A stretch of 64,000 nt of DNA from Methanobacteriota archaeon (GTDB taxonomy: Archaea > Thermoplasmatota > Poseidoniia > Poseidoniales > Poseidoniaceae). The stretch spans positions 76,373-140,372 of the forward strand of contig JABJMO010000002.1 in the NCBI GenBank assembly GCA_018659375.1, in the 5' to 3' direction. The translations under genes were made by a program, and so were the position numbers. This document shows, one piece after another, positions 10,412 through 19,252 of this stretch; position 1 is the stretch's first letter, and each line of letters opens with the position of its first letter. Below the pieces are notes generated by a model. The model ran no database searches. It saw nothing but the letters and a program-made list of their open reading frames with translations, and was not told the DNA's origin.

Positions 10412-11716
10412 TCAAACTGATGGTAATAGTCCAATCTTGGCTAATCCATTCCAAACGGGATCTAAAAATCTTGGAAGTATCCTATGTCTTACATAAACAG
10501 CCGCAGCTAGACTCATCTTCTGCAGTTTGTTCAATTTTACCCTCTTGGTAAATACATCTCCTTGTTCTTTTTCGATTTGACGTAGGATTTTATCATAAAA
10601 TGCAATCATTGCGGCTGGAGAATATCTTGTTCTTCTAGGCAACAAGGGTAGTAATTGTCGAGCCTCTTCCAAATAGCTCCTTGCTCTTTTTGCGTAATGA
10701 TAGCAATATGGTTCCCAAGTCTTGTTAAGTACAACTTTACCATCAAGTTCCTTTTCCTGAATGCCATTCTTTTCCAATTCATCTAATGGCAGGTAAACAC
10801 GATCTCTTCCAATATCTTCACCAACATCTCTCAAAACATTGGTCAATTGCATGAAAATACCCCATGACTCGGCGTACTTCTTTGCTTTTGGGTCACTATA
10901 TCCATATATCTCAATGCACATCAAACCAACAACTGAAGCGACTCTGTAACAGTAGTCATATAACTCGTCAAAAGTTCGATAGCGATTGTTATACAAATCA
11001 TCCTCCATTCCAGAGATTAGGTCATCAAATACGCTCCTTGATATTTTATACCGGTCTACAGTATCTTTCAAAGCTAGGAACACAGGATCAGTTGAATAAA
11101 CATCAGAATAGCATGTTGAAAGTTTTTTTCTGAAGAAAAATAATTGAGTAATTTTGTTAAGATATGATTCTTCGTCCAAAATAGTTCCACGGTTTTGTAA
11201 AGATTCTAATTGTTCTCTGTAAGCGACAGCCTCTGGGTCAGTTTGTCCGTTGCTGCCTGGAAATCTGTCGGCCCAATCGCCGTCAGCAATGTCATCTGCT
11301 CTTCGACAAAATGCGTAAACTGCACACATGGCTAGTCTTTGTTCGTCTGGCAAATATTTGAATGAATGATAAAAGTTACCGGCTTCTTGCATAGTCAGTT
11401 TTTCACAGTACTGATATGCTAGTTTGAGCAATTCTTTGGGTGGCTTTTCTGACCAAATCGGAGCATCTAGGTTTTCAAATGGGTCGACAAGTTCATTTTT
11501 GTCAACTAACCCAATGAAAGCAACACCTTCACGCAATGCTTCCATTGCAGTTACACTAACTGCTTTTACTGCATCTTTGGCAAGCATTACACCAGCGCGA
11601 AGTCTATCTAGAGTAGTTATTTTTTCTACTTGCTCTTCGGAAATCCTACTATTTGCGCTTCCCTTGAGCGGGAATAACAAGTCGAGAGGTTTCCGTCGTT
11701 CTAACATCCCTATCAA
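10412..11716 (-). CDS. squalene/phytoene synthase family enzyme with about 100-aa N-terminal extension
   Basis: Asp-rich motifs YAFCRRADDIADGD and ISGMEDDL. YCYRVASVVGLMC and NVLRDVGEDIGRDRVYLP are typical of head-to-head trans-isoprenyl diphosphate synthases. Confidence 0.85.
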   Translation of the reverse strand: MIGMLERRKPLDLLFPLKGSANSRISEEQVEKITTLDRLRAGVMLAKDAVKAVSVTAMEALREGVAFIGLVDKNELVDPFENLDAPIWSEKPPKELLKLAYQYCEKLTMQEAGNFYHSFKYLPDEQRLAMCAVYAFCRRADDIADGDWADRFPGSNGQTDPEAVAYREQLESLQNRGTILDEESYLNKITQLFFFRKKLSTCYSDVYSTDPVFLALKDTVDRYKISRSVFDDLISGMEDDLYNNRYRTFDELYDYCYRVASVVGLMCIEIYGYSDPKAKKYAESWGIFMQLTNVLRDVGEDIGRDRVYLPLDELEKNGIQEKELDGKVVLNKTWEPYCYHYAKRARSYLEEARQLLPLLPRRTRYSPAAMIAFYDKILRQIEKEQGDVFTKRVKLNKLQKMSLAAAVYVRHRILPRFLDPVWNGLAKIGLLPSV

Positions 11717-11847
11717 TTACCTGTATGACTACTCCTTTTTGATTGCTTTGTAAAAGAGCATCATTCAACTATCAAGATTTTAAGCCTTTCACAAAGGAAA
11801 TTTCCCACACTAGTGACTCTAGTAAGCATAAACTAACAAACTATAAA

Positions 11848-12873
11848 TTACTTATTTACGGAATCTTTATTTTTTTCCAAAAGTCTTCTAACTCCACCAG
11901 GAATAATCAGTGCTCGTAATAATTTCCTCGCATAAGATTTAATCTCATCTCTAGTGACTTTAATTCGGTCAGCAGAATCAAGTATATTCCCCTCTCGAAG
12001 GAGAGTTACAGTTCTTTGCCCAATTAAAACTGGTAGCATACATGAAGCCTTGAGTCTAAATTGGGTTTCAGGAATCATCTTGATATATTCTATTGCGGCA
12101 TCAAGATGTTCATTCGTTAAATCCAAATATTCATCGTATAATGGCCTAAATTTCTCAATATTACTTGGTGAGAGTAAATCTTCCGGCTCCATCTGGTGCT
12201 TAGTTAGTTCTTCTATAGGAATATAACATCTTCCAAATCGTAAATCTTCAGGGATGTCACGTAGGATGTTGATCATTTGTAGTGCTTTACCAAATCTTAC
12301 GCCTTTTTCATAAAATCCTTCTTCTTGTTCTGGAGGTATTGATATTACATGGGCAAGGGACATTTTTGTCCAAAACACTCCAACACACCCTGCGACTCTG
12401 AACGTATAGTCATCCAATTCAGCATTATCGTTGAGTGCAGATATATTCCCTCCTTCGTTAGCGGGTCCAAATCTCTCTAAATCTAGAATCTGACCACCTA
12501 CAATAATGTCTAGACATTCTAGCATTCTTTCCCTGTCCTCTTCTGTGTAAATTTTTAATCCCTCGACAACATCTTGGACATTACGAAGAAGTTCTGCTTC
12601 GTGGGGGTTATCCTGAATTTCGGCAAGATTAGAAAAGTCGGGTATTATGCTTGATTTACCTTGGGCAATATCATTGTAATTGCGCAGCAATCTAAGAAGT
12701 TCTTCTGTATCACCGTGTTTGGAATCAGCAATCGTATCTGCGACTCTTGCTAAAAGGTAAAGCAGACCTATTTGCCCACGAACTTTCTTTGGGAGATATT
12801 TGAGTGTAGGATAAAAAGATCTTGAAGTTGATTTAAGCAAATTATCAATCTTGTCATTGATAAGTACTGACAA
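11848..12873 (-). CDS. squalene/phytoene synthase family enzyme (second paralog, HpnC/HpnD-like)
   Basis: LLARVADTIAD, GGQILDLERF, FRVAGCVGVFW and NILRDIPEDLRFGRCYIP motifs. Confidence 0.85.
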   Translation of the reverse strand: MSVLINDKIDNLLKSTSRSFYPTLKYLPKKVRGQIGLLYLLARVADTIADSKHGDTEELLRLLRNYNDIAQGKSSIIPDFSNLAEIQDNPHEAELLRNVQDVVEGLKIYTEEDRERMLECLDIIVGGQILDLERFGPANEGGNISALNDNAELDDYTFRVAGCVGVFWTKMSLAHVISIPPEQEEGFYEKGVRFGKALQMINILRDIPEDLRFGRCYIPIEELTKHQMEPEDLLSPSNIEKFRPLYDEYLDLTNEHLDAAIEYIKMIPETQFRLKASCMLPVLIGQRTVTLLREGNILDSADRIKVTRDEIKSYARKLLRALIIPGGVRRLLEKNKDSVNK

Positions 12874-13036
12874 TTAATCCCCTCATGCAACTCCAATGGT
12901 TATTTGTTTTTGAGGCTGTGGTCAAATAGGTACTTTCTGTGGATATTTTTCGTACTGATAATTAACGTATTATTAGTCGGTAAATTAGTTAATGCTTTAG
13001 GCATTGAGTTAGTCCGAAAGGCTAGAGGGGACGCTA

Positions 13037-14395
13037 ATGGATTGTATGTCGTGTGGTGAGCACATACCGAATGACAGTATTTTCTGTCCCGAATGTGGAG
13101 CAAGACAAGACTTATCCAGGGCAGGAGGTTTTACTGCACCAAACTCCGTTGGACTTGCTGGCCAAGAGGTGACCGGTGGGCGCAGCTTTGGTGTTGTCTC
13201 CGGGGAGGCAATTAGACAGCAACGAGAGATGTCGGTTAGTGACCCTAATGCAATTTCTCCTGAACTAATGAGGCAGATTGCTGAAGGAATGCAAAACCAA
13301 CAAAATATTCCCCCAGTTGGTAATTTTCCACCTCAAGGATTCCAAAACCAGACAAATAATCCTAATCAAATCCCAAGGAATGATTTAGGCAATATGAGAC
13401 AAAATATGCCAAATGTAACTCCTATGGGTCAATCATCCTCTCCTACAGACGAGATGGTTGACAGATTGGCACATGCAGAAAAAGCTATGAAGTCTGAAAG
13501 AAGAAGTCAATGGCTGAATATGAACCAAGCTTCAGCTTCTAATGTTTTATCCTCCCTTGGGGCAGATTTACCCGCTCACTTGCGAAATGAGAAAAATGCT
13601 GCCCAAGAAATCCTAACGGGAGCGCTGGGAGGTCAAAAAGAGGCGCCTAGTGATGCATTTTTGCGAAGAATGTGTGAAGTTGCGGTAAGGCGGGTTGCAA
13701 GGAAGCGGGGAGTTGCAGTTGAAACACCTCAAGCCAAATTAGCAGATGATGTACTAAGCGTAAACATAACCTATATTGATGATGGCAGAGTGCTAGATTC
13801 GCCTGAAGATTTGACGCAAGCCTTTGAACATGCTATCCAAACTGAAGTTGCTCTGAAAGGCTTTGATTATGTTTCTGAAATAAGTCTATTCCGTTCTAAA
13901 GACGGCGAGGTTGAGAATCTATCTGAAGAAGCAGAAGATGATGAAGAAATGTTTGCTTGCGAAATCTGTGATGGTTTGGTAAAAGAAAGCGATTCAAAGT
14001 GTCCACACTGTGGCGCAGTATTCGAAGATGACGATGATTTTGAAGAATCCAGCCCCCAACAAGCGCCAAGTTCACCTTCTAGAGGCGGTCCTCCAGGTGG
14101 TCCATCACGAGGTGGTCCTCCAGGTGGTCCATCAAGAAGCGGTCCTCCAGGTGGTCCAACAAGAGGCGGTCCTCCAGGTGGTCCATCAAGAGGCGGTCCC
14201 CCAGGCGGTCCAACAAGAGGCGGCCCTCCAGGTGGTCCATCAAGAGGCGGTCCATCTAAAAGTCCTGGAAGAGCACCTCCATCAAAATCTCCACCAAGTA
14301 AGAAACCGGGACCACCCGGTGGCTCATCAAGAGGACCACCTGGTGGTCCAAAAGGTGGCCCTCCAAAGGGACCTAAACGTGGCCCTCCTAGATGA
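13037..14395 (+). CDS. double zinc-ribbon protein with Q/N-rich region and C-terminal RGG/PPGG nonapeptide repeats
   Basis: CxxC-x10-CxxC at the N-terminus (CMSCGEHIPNDSIFCPEC). Second ribbon CEICDGLVKESDSKCPHC. Q/N/P-rich segment. Six-plus copies of GGPPGGP[ST]R. GAGGGG lies upstream of ATG 13037. Confidence 0.7.
   Translation: MDCMSCGEHIPNDSIFCPECGARQDLSRAGGFTAPNSVGLAGQEVTGGRSFGVVSGEAIRQQREMSVSDPNAISPELMRQIAEGMQNQQNIPPVGNFPPQGFQNQTNNPNQIPRNDLGNMRQNMPNVTPMGQSSSPTDEMVDRLAHAEKAMKSERRSQWLNMNQASASNVLSSLGADLPAHLRNEKNAAQEILTGALGGQKEAPSDAFLRRMCEVAVRRVARKRGVAVETPQAKLADDVLSVNITYIDDGRVLDSPEDLTQAFEHAIQTEVALKGFDYVSEISLFRSKDGEVENLSEEAEDDEEMFACEICDGLVKESDSKCPHCGAVFEDDDDFEESSPQQAPSSPSRGGPPGGPSRGGPPGGPSRSGPPGGPTRGGPPGGPSRGGPPGGPTRGGPPGGPSRGGPSKSPGRAPPSKSPPSKKPGPPGGSSRGPPGGPKGGPPKGPKRGPPR
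14084..14255 (+). repeat. in-frame 27-nt tandem repeat, about 6.3 copies (consensus GGCGGTCCTCCAGGTGGTCCATCAAGA)
   Basis: Copies start at 14084, 14111, 14138, 14165, 14192 and 14219, with a partial copy at 14246. They differ by 1-4 substitutions each and encode GGPPGGP[ST]R. Confidence 0.9.
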
Positions 14396-14407
14396 CGAGG
14401 GTTATTT

Positions 14408-17191
14408 TTGCGCACTGATAATTTACCAGAATTTGGGGCCATAAAATTTAACGGAAAATTAAGGCCATCCCAGATCGCAGCCGCATCTGTAATTGAACCA
14501 GAACTAGATCAACAAGGTAAGCACCTGCATATAGTTGCTCCACCTGGTTCAGGAAAAACCGTGCTAGGTCTCTATGTGTGGTCAGATTTGGTAAGAAAAC
14601 CAACTTTAGTGCTGTCTCCTAATTCTGCAATTCAGGCACAATGGGCAGCACGCACAGATCTTTTTGAGTTGGATGGGAAAGATGAATTTATCAGTACCGA
14701 CCCAGAAAATCCAGGTTTATTGACCAGTCTTACATACCAATCAATAACCATGCCAAAGCGTGGTGGCGAATCTTTAGATGAGTCTGCCATCGAGCTTTGG
14801 ATAAAATCATTAATTGTAAAAAAAGAGGCAATCGATGATGAATCTGCTCTTGCTTGGATAGAAGATTTAAGATCAAAAAATAGCAAATATTTTGATGACA
14901 GGATATCGGTCTATAGAAAAAAGGTGAGGGACGATTTTGCTCAACATGGTAACGCTCTATGGACTCTAAGTGAGTCATCAAGAAAGACCTTACAGCGACT
15001 AAAAAAGGTTGGTATTGGCTTGATAATATTAGATGAGTGTCATCATTTACTGCACCACTGGGGTAGAGTTCTTACAGAGGTAAGAGAATACTTCGATAAT
15101 CCAATTGTCCTTGGATTAACTGCAACCCCACCTGATTTTGATCATTATGATGAAATTGATTCTTTAAGGTATCAAGAATTCTTTGGTGAGATTGACTATG
15201 AAGTGCCTGTGCCCGCTTTAGTAAGGGATTCAAATCTCGCGCCTTACCAAGATCTTGCTTATTTCGTTAGACCATCCCAACATGAACTAAATTACGTTTC
15301 ACAGGTTGATGAAGAATTTAAGCTTCTTCTAGGAGAATTACACATAAAAGAGGAGTATGATAACGCAACACTTCCACTTGATAAATGGATTTTTCAAGCA
15401 TTAGATGAGAGAAAATCACCGGGTGGGAAGCAAGAAGGTTGGGATGACTTCAACAAAAGATACCCTACCTTTGCAAATGCAGCAAGAATGTTTTTGATGA
15501 GTTCGAATCAACAATTACCAACCAATGTACCTAGACCGGATAATTTCACAATAGATGATTTCCAAAATAAGTTGGCGATATTACGACCAGTCTTAGACAG
15601 ATATGTTAGGCATGGTCTAAGGAGGTCCAATAATGAAAAAGACCATGAAAAAGCAGAGTTAGTCACTCAAAGATTACGTATGCTGGGTACCCAAATAACA
15701 GAAACAGGAATCCGTCCATGCGCTTCTCCTGTTGGTAGAATAATGGCTTATGCTTCATCAAAGACTACAGCGCTCTCAGACATAATCTCTACTGAAATGC
15801 AAGCACTGGGTGGTGATATTAGAGCAGTAATTATCACAGATTTTGAAAAGACTTCTGCAACAACATTAGTAGAGGGAGTAATGGATGAAGAAGCGGGTGG
15901 CGCTATTGCCGCATTTAGGCAGGCAATAAGTTGCGATAACTTAGATTTACTCAATCCAATTTTAATGACTGGAAGCACAGTATTAGTTGATGATGACTTA
16001 GTTGATAAATTCTTACAGCACGCTAATTCATGGATTGCAAAGAGAGAGTTAAAGATTGAACTACTTGAAAAAGAAATTGATGGCTACCATCAAATAATTG
16101 GTAGAGGTGTAGATTGGAAACCCCGGTATTATTCATTGATGATAACACAATTTTTTCAGGATGGTTTGACTAAGTGTTTGATTGGAACCAGAGGATTATT
16201 AGGAGAAGGCTGGGATGCATCACGAATTAATGTACTAATCGACCTAACAACCGTTACTACCAGTATGAGTATCAATCAACTGAGGGGTCGGTCAATAAGA
16301 TTAGATAAAAACTGGCCAGAAAAAGTTGCCAATAATTGGGACATAGTCTGTTTAGCCGAAGAGTTCACCAATGGCTTTGCCGATTATGACCGCTTCAAGA
16401 TAAAACATAAGCAATTGTATGGTGTTTGTGATGATGGTGCAATTGAGAAAGGAGTTGGTCATGTTCATGCTGCTTTTACTGAGGCTGAACCCGAAGGGGT
16501 TAGCGAAGGTATGGCGGCTTTCAATGAAGATATGTTACGACGTAGCCGAAATAGGTCACATGTAAGAGGATTATGGGGGATAGGACAACCATTTAATGCA
16601 AAACCGACCACAGCGATTGAAGCAAAAGTTAGCAGTGGATTTGGTGGGGGATTTTCATTCGGTAAAGAGCAAACTCCATGGAGTGACGAATCACTAATTC
16701 ATGCGATTTCCCTTTCAATAGTTAACAGTTTAATTCATTTAGGCATGGTTTCAAAAAATTGTCGGGCAGATGGAGGTAACCGAGGTGGAGGATGGTTTCG
16801 TTTACATCTTCAAAATGCAACAGAAGAAGAGAGTGCATTATTTACTGCCTGTTTAGAAGAAATACTTGGGCCAATAAAGAAACCACGATATGTTATTTCC
16901 CGTTCTTCCAAATTTATTACTGATACATGGTTATCAAAACTCATGCCAGAAGTCATTGCCAAGTTTTTCAGGCCAGTAAAAGACCAACTTGTCATGTACC
17001 ACACAGTTCCTAAGATTCTAGCTGCATCATCAGAAAAGGCGGAACTCTTCCAGCGATATTGGAACCAATTTGTCAGCCCATCAGAGTTGTTTTACGCCAG
17101 AAGTAAAGATGGTAAAATGAGAGTTGAAGTCATTAAGTCATCTACGATGATCCCGGAAAATTCTTTACACAGAAAAGAAATATTCCTATGA
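14408..17191 (+). CDS. large SF2 helicase (DEAD/DEAH, type III restriction res-subunit-like core) with long insertion and C-terminal domain
   Basis: LRPSQ, Walker A APPGSGKT, motif II LDECHH, motif III GLTATP, motifs V/VI LLGEGWD...QLRGRSIRL. TTG start lies 7 nt after GAGGG and 13 nt after the upstream stop. Confidence 0.85.
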   Translation: MRTDNLPEFGAIKFNGKLRPSQIAAASVIEPELDQQGKHLHIVAPPGSGKTVLGLYVWSDLVRKPTLVLSPNSAIQAQWAARTDLFELDGKDEFISTDPENPGLLTSLTYQSITMPKRGGESLDESAIELWIKSLIVKKEAIDDESALAWIEDLRSKNSKYFDDRISVYRKKVRDDFAQHGNALWTLSESSRKTLQRLKKVGIGLIILDECHHLLHHWGRVLTEVREYFDNPIVLGLTATPPDFDHYDEIDSLRYQEFFGEIDYEVPVPALVRDSNLAPYQDLAYFVRPSQHELNYVSQVDEEFKLLLGELHIKEEYDNATLPLDKWIFQALDERKSPGGKQEGWDDFNKRYPTFANAARMFLMSSNQQLPTNVPRPDNFTIDDFQNKLAILRPVLDRYVRHGLRRSNNEKDHEKAELVTQRLRMLGTQITETGIRPCASPVGRIMAYASSKTTALSDIISTEMQALGGDIRAVIITDFEKTSATTLVEGVMDEEAGGAIAAFRQAISCDNLDLLNPILMTGSTVLVDDDLVDKFLQHANSWIAKRELKIELLEKEIDGYHQIIGRGVDWKPRYYSLMITQFFQDGLTKCLIGTRGLLGEGWDASRINVLIDLTTVTTSMSINQLRGRSIRLDKNWPEKVANNWDIVCLAEEFTNGFADYDRFKIKHKQLYGVCDDGAIEKGVGHVHAAFTEAEPEGVSEGMAAFNEDMLRRSRNRSHVRGLWGIGQPFNAKPTTAIEAKVSSGFGGGFSFGKEQTPWSDESLIHAISLSIVNSLIHLGMVSKNCRADGGNRGGGWFRLHLQNATEEESALFTACLEEILGPIKKPRYVISRSSKFITDTWLSKLMPEVIAKFFRPVKDQLVMYHTVPKILAASSEKAELFQRYWNQFVSPSELFYARSKDGKMRVEVIKSSTMIPENSLHRKEIFL

Positions 17192-17830
17192 ACATGCCTT
17201 GCACATAATTCTCTTGCCGCTTTCACAATCCCCACAGAATCGTTTTCGACATTTGAAACATCGAAAATCAAATGCAGACACAGGCTTTGAACAGTTAGGA
17301 TCTGCACAACTTTCATCTGTATTTCCTTCATTTTTTGCAACTCCCTTTGAAACATTATCCCAAAAGGTTGGATCTAATTTATTGGATTTATGTTTGGATT
17401 GGTCTGTATCTTGTGAAGGAGAATATAATCCTTGGTTACTTAGACTCAAGGTCGACATGACAAACGGATTGTGAAAAAATGGCTTTGCAGCCTTTTCGCC
17501 AACATTGAACAAACTCGAATAAGTCTTGATTGCTTCGTCTACTGTAGTTACAGTTACTCCACTAGAGTTTATTTTAGCAACTATTGAATTGTAATGATAA
17601 TTTCGATAATTATTAGTCGATTGAATATGTTTTGTTCTTGGCATTTGATTAACTGGCGTTATTTGCATAATTCCATTCTCTACAAGTATTTTAACAAATA
17701 ATGCAAACCCAACAAAAATTGCTAATGTAATCCATAATCCTGAATGAACAGCATCACGATAAGACTGTCTGATTAATCCTATCAATACAAAACAAAGTGA
17801 TATCGTTGAGATGTATTTTCTTAAAACCAT
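17186..17830 (-). CDS. membrane protein (2 N-terminal TM helices) with C-terminal 8-Cys zinc finger
   Basis: Hydrophobic N-terminus. C-terminal C-x4-C-x10-C-x2-C-x4-C-x2-C-x7-C-x2-C. Its 3' end overlaps the helicase by 6 nt in convergent orientation. Confidence 0.55.
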   Translation of the reverse strand: MVLRKYISTISLCFVLIGLIRQSYRDAVHSGLWITLAIFVGFALFVKILVENGIMQITPVNQMPRTKHIQSTNNYRNYHYNSIVAKINSSGVTVTTVDEAIKTYSSLFNVGEKAAKPFFHNPFVMSTLSLSNQGLYSPSQDTDQSKHKSNKLDPTFWDNVSKGVAKNEGNTDESCADPNCSKPVSAFDFRCFKCRKRFCGDCESGKRIMCKACS

Positions 17831-17851
17831 ATCATCACGAAAATGTGGCTA

Positions 17852-17870
17852 GGCGCTGTCCCCGAGCGCC
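17852..17870 (-). terminator. GC-rich hairpin followed by a T-run on the minus strand, candidate terminator of priS
   Basis: GGCGCT-GTCCCCG-AGCGCC forms a perfect 6-bp stem. The minus-strand continuation reads ...TAGCCACATTTTCG. It lies between the priS stop (17966) and the next gene start (17830). Confidence 0.3.
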
Positions 17871-17965
17871 GTCACCGATTGTTTCTAGCCTTCTTTAGAA
17901 AAATGTCACAGTCCTAAGACTCCATTGGGGACAATTTAAGTTATTGGTAAGCAGTCTATAAATAA

Positions 17966-19243
17966 TCACTCTCGAACAACCATTCTAATGCTTGGTTCAC
18001 TGTTTCCTGCGAGTTTATCAGGTTGAGATGAATCAATAGCAACTCCAAGTTTAGTTAGTAGTGTTAAATGTGCTTTTGAATAGATTGGTGTTGAACTATT
18101 ATTGTTAATAAGGGAGATGAACTTTGGTTCATTGTGCCATATACCACTATCATCCATTATACCGGAGATTCTGACCCAATAATGCTCTCGTTGTTTTAGG
18201 TTCTCTGATAATTTCTCAATGCCTAGTTCGCTTAGAATTTTTACTACTTTTGCCCTGGTGATAGATTCCGGGCAGATGAATAGAATCCTTTCACCATCTG
18301 AAAAAATAGCACAGTAACCCAGGTTTTCCATTTCGATTAACATGTTTAATCGGTCAAAGCATTCAGAACCTGTGCCCCATGAATAAGGAGTCCAAAAGAT
18401 TAGTGCGCTTCTATCTTTAGTCCCAGGTAAGTGGTTGCTAACTTCCATCATGTAGGTGTGTTGTTCGACTTCTCTTCCTTCATCTTTGACATATTTATTC
18501 ACTACCTTTTTATCTTGGACCTTTGCAGTCTTAGGTATTTTTAAATGCCCCCAAAAACTTGGAACTTGACCAATCCAAGAATCAATACTCATGCTCAATC
18601 TTTCTAGGCCTATCCTGTGGCATAACAATCCAGTTTTTCCGTGTATACTGCCGGGTAAGCGAATGATTCTACGCGTGTCAGCAGTAATTCTTGGGTCTAC
18701 TTTGAATCCTGCTAGCAATACTTCTTGAAGCAATTTATCGCGGTCTGCTTTTACTGCATTCTCTCTTTTCCTTGCATTCTCAATGGAAAATAAAGTTCTG
18801 TCTAATTCATGGTAGAAAAGGTGGAAACCTTTGCTACCAGAAAAAGAGATTGATATTAACTCATAATCATAGTTTTTTTCAATCCAATTAAGTAATTTCA
18901 ATGTTGTTGTTCTAGCCTGTTCTAAGTTCTCAAGAGATAATGGAGAATAGTCAATATCAAAGACAATCAAGTGATTCAAAAGAATCGGATGAGTTCTTGT
19001 ATCATCACTTAGTCTTGGTAAATCAATAGGGTTTAGCCAAGAAGATGTAGAAAAGTAGATGTCACTGGGATTATCCCGAGAAATTGATTTCCTAAAGGTC
19101 TCGATTGAACTAACTCTTCTTTTTGATTTTCGCCAACTGCCATCTTTGCATCGCCAGCGAAATTCATGTTGACTAGGCTTTTCTAGCCAAGCAAAGTCAA
19201 CTTCATGATTTTGATAGTAATGATTAAAATCAAAATCTTCCAT
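17966..19243 (-). CDS. priS: DNA primase small (catalytic) subunit, archaeo-eukaryotic primase
   Basis: AEP motifs I LIVFDIDYS, II FSGSKGFHLFY and III IRLPGSIHGKTG. The N-terminal YY...HEF...IYFSTSSWLNP resembles PriS. Confidence 0.8.
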   Translation of the reverse strand: MEDFDFNHYYQNHEVDFAWLEKPSQHEFRWRCKDGSWRKSKRRVSSIETFRKSISRDNPSDIYFSTSSWLNPIDLPRLSDDTRTHPILLNHLIVFDIDYSPLSLENLEQARTTTLKLLNWIEKNYDYELISISFSGSKGFHLFYHELDRTLFSIENARKRENAVKADRDKLLQEVLLAGFKVDPRITADTRRIIRLPGSIHGKTGLLCHRIGLERLSMSIDSWIGQVPSFWGHLKIPKTAKVQDKKVVNKYVKDEGREVEQHTYMMEVSNHLPGTKDRSALIFWTPYSWGTGSECFDRLNMLIEMENLGYCAIFSDGERILFICPESITRAKVVKILSELGIEKLSENLKQREHYWVRISGIMDDSGIWHNEPKFISLINNNSSTPIYSKAHLTLLTKLGVAIDSSQPDKLAGNSEPSIRMVVRE

Positions 19244-19252
19244 TACTCATTC

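Noticed and set aside
14084-14255. Could the regular 27-nt repeat be a CRISPR array?
   Set aside because: The units are directly adjacent with no spacers. They are in frame within a long CDS, and no cas genes are nearby. It is a coding tandem repeat.
13867-14444. Track ORFs 13867-14442(-) and 14010-14444(+), both Pro/Gly- or Gln/Val-rich
   Set aside because: They are alternative readings of the 27-nt tandem repeat inside the 13037-14395 CDS. Low-complexity repeats stay open in several frames, so these are artefacts.
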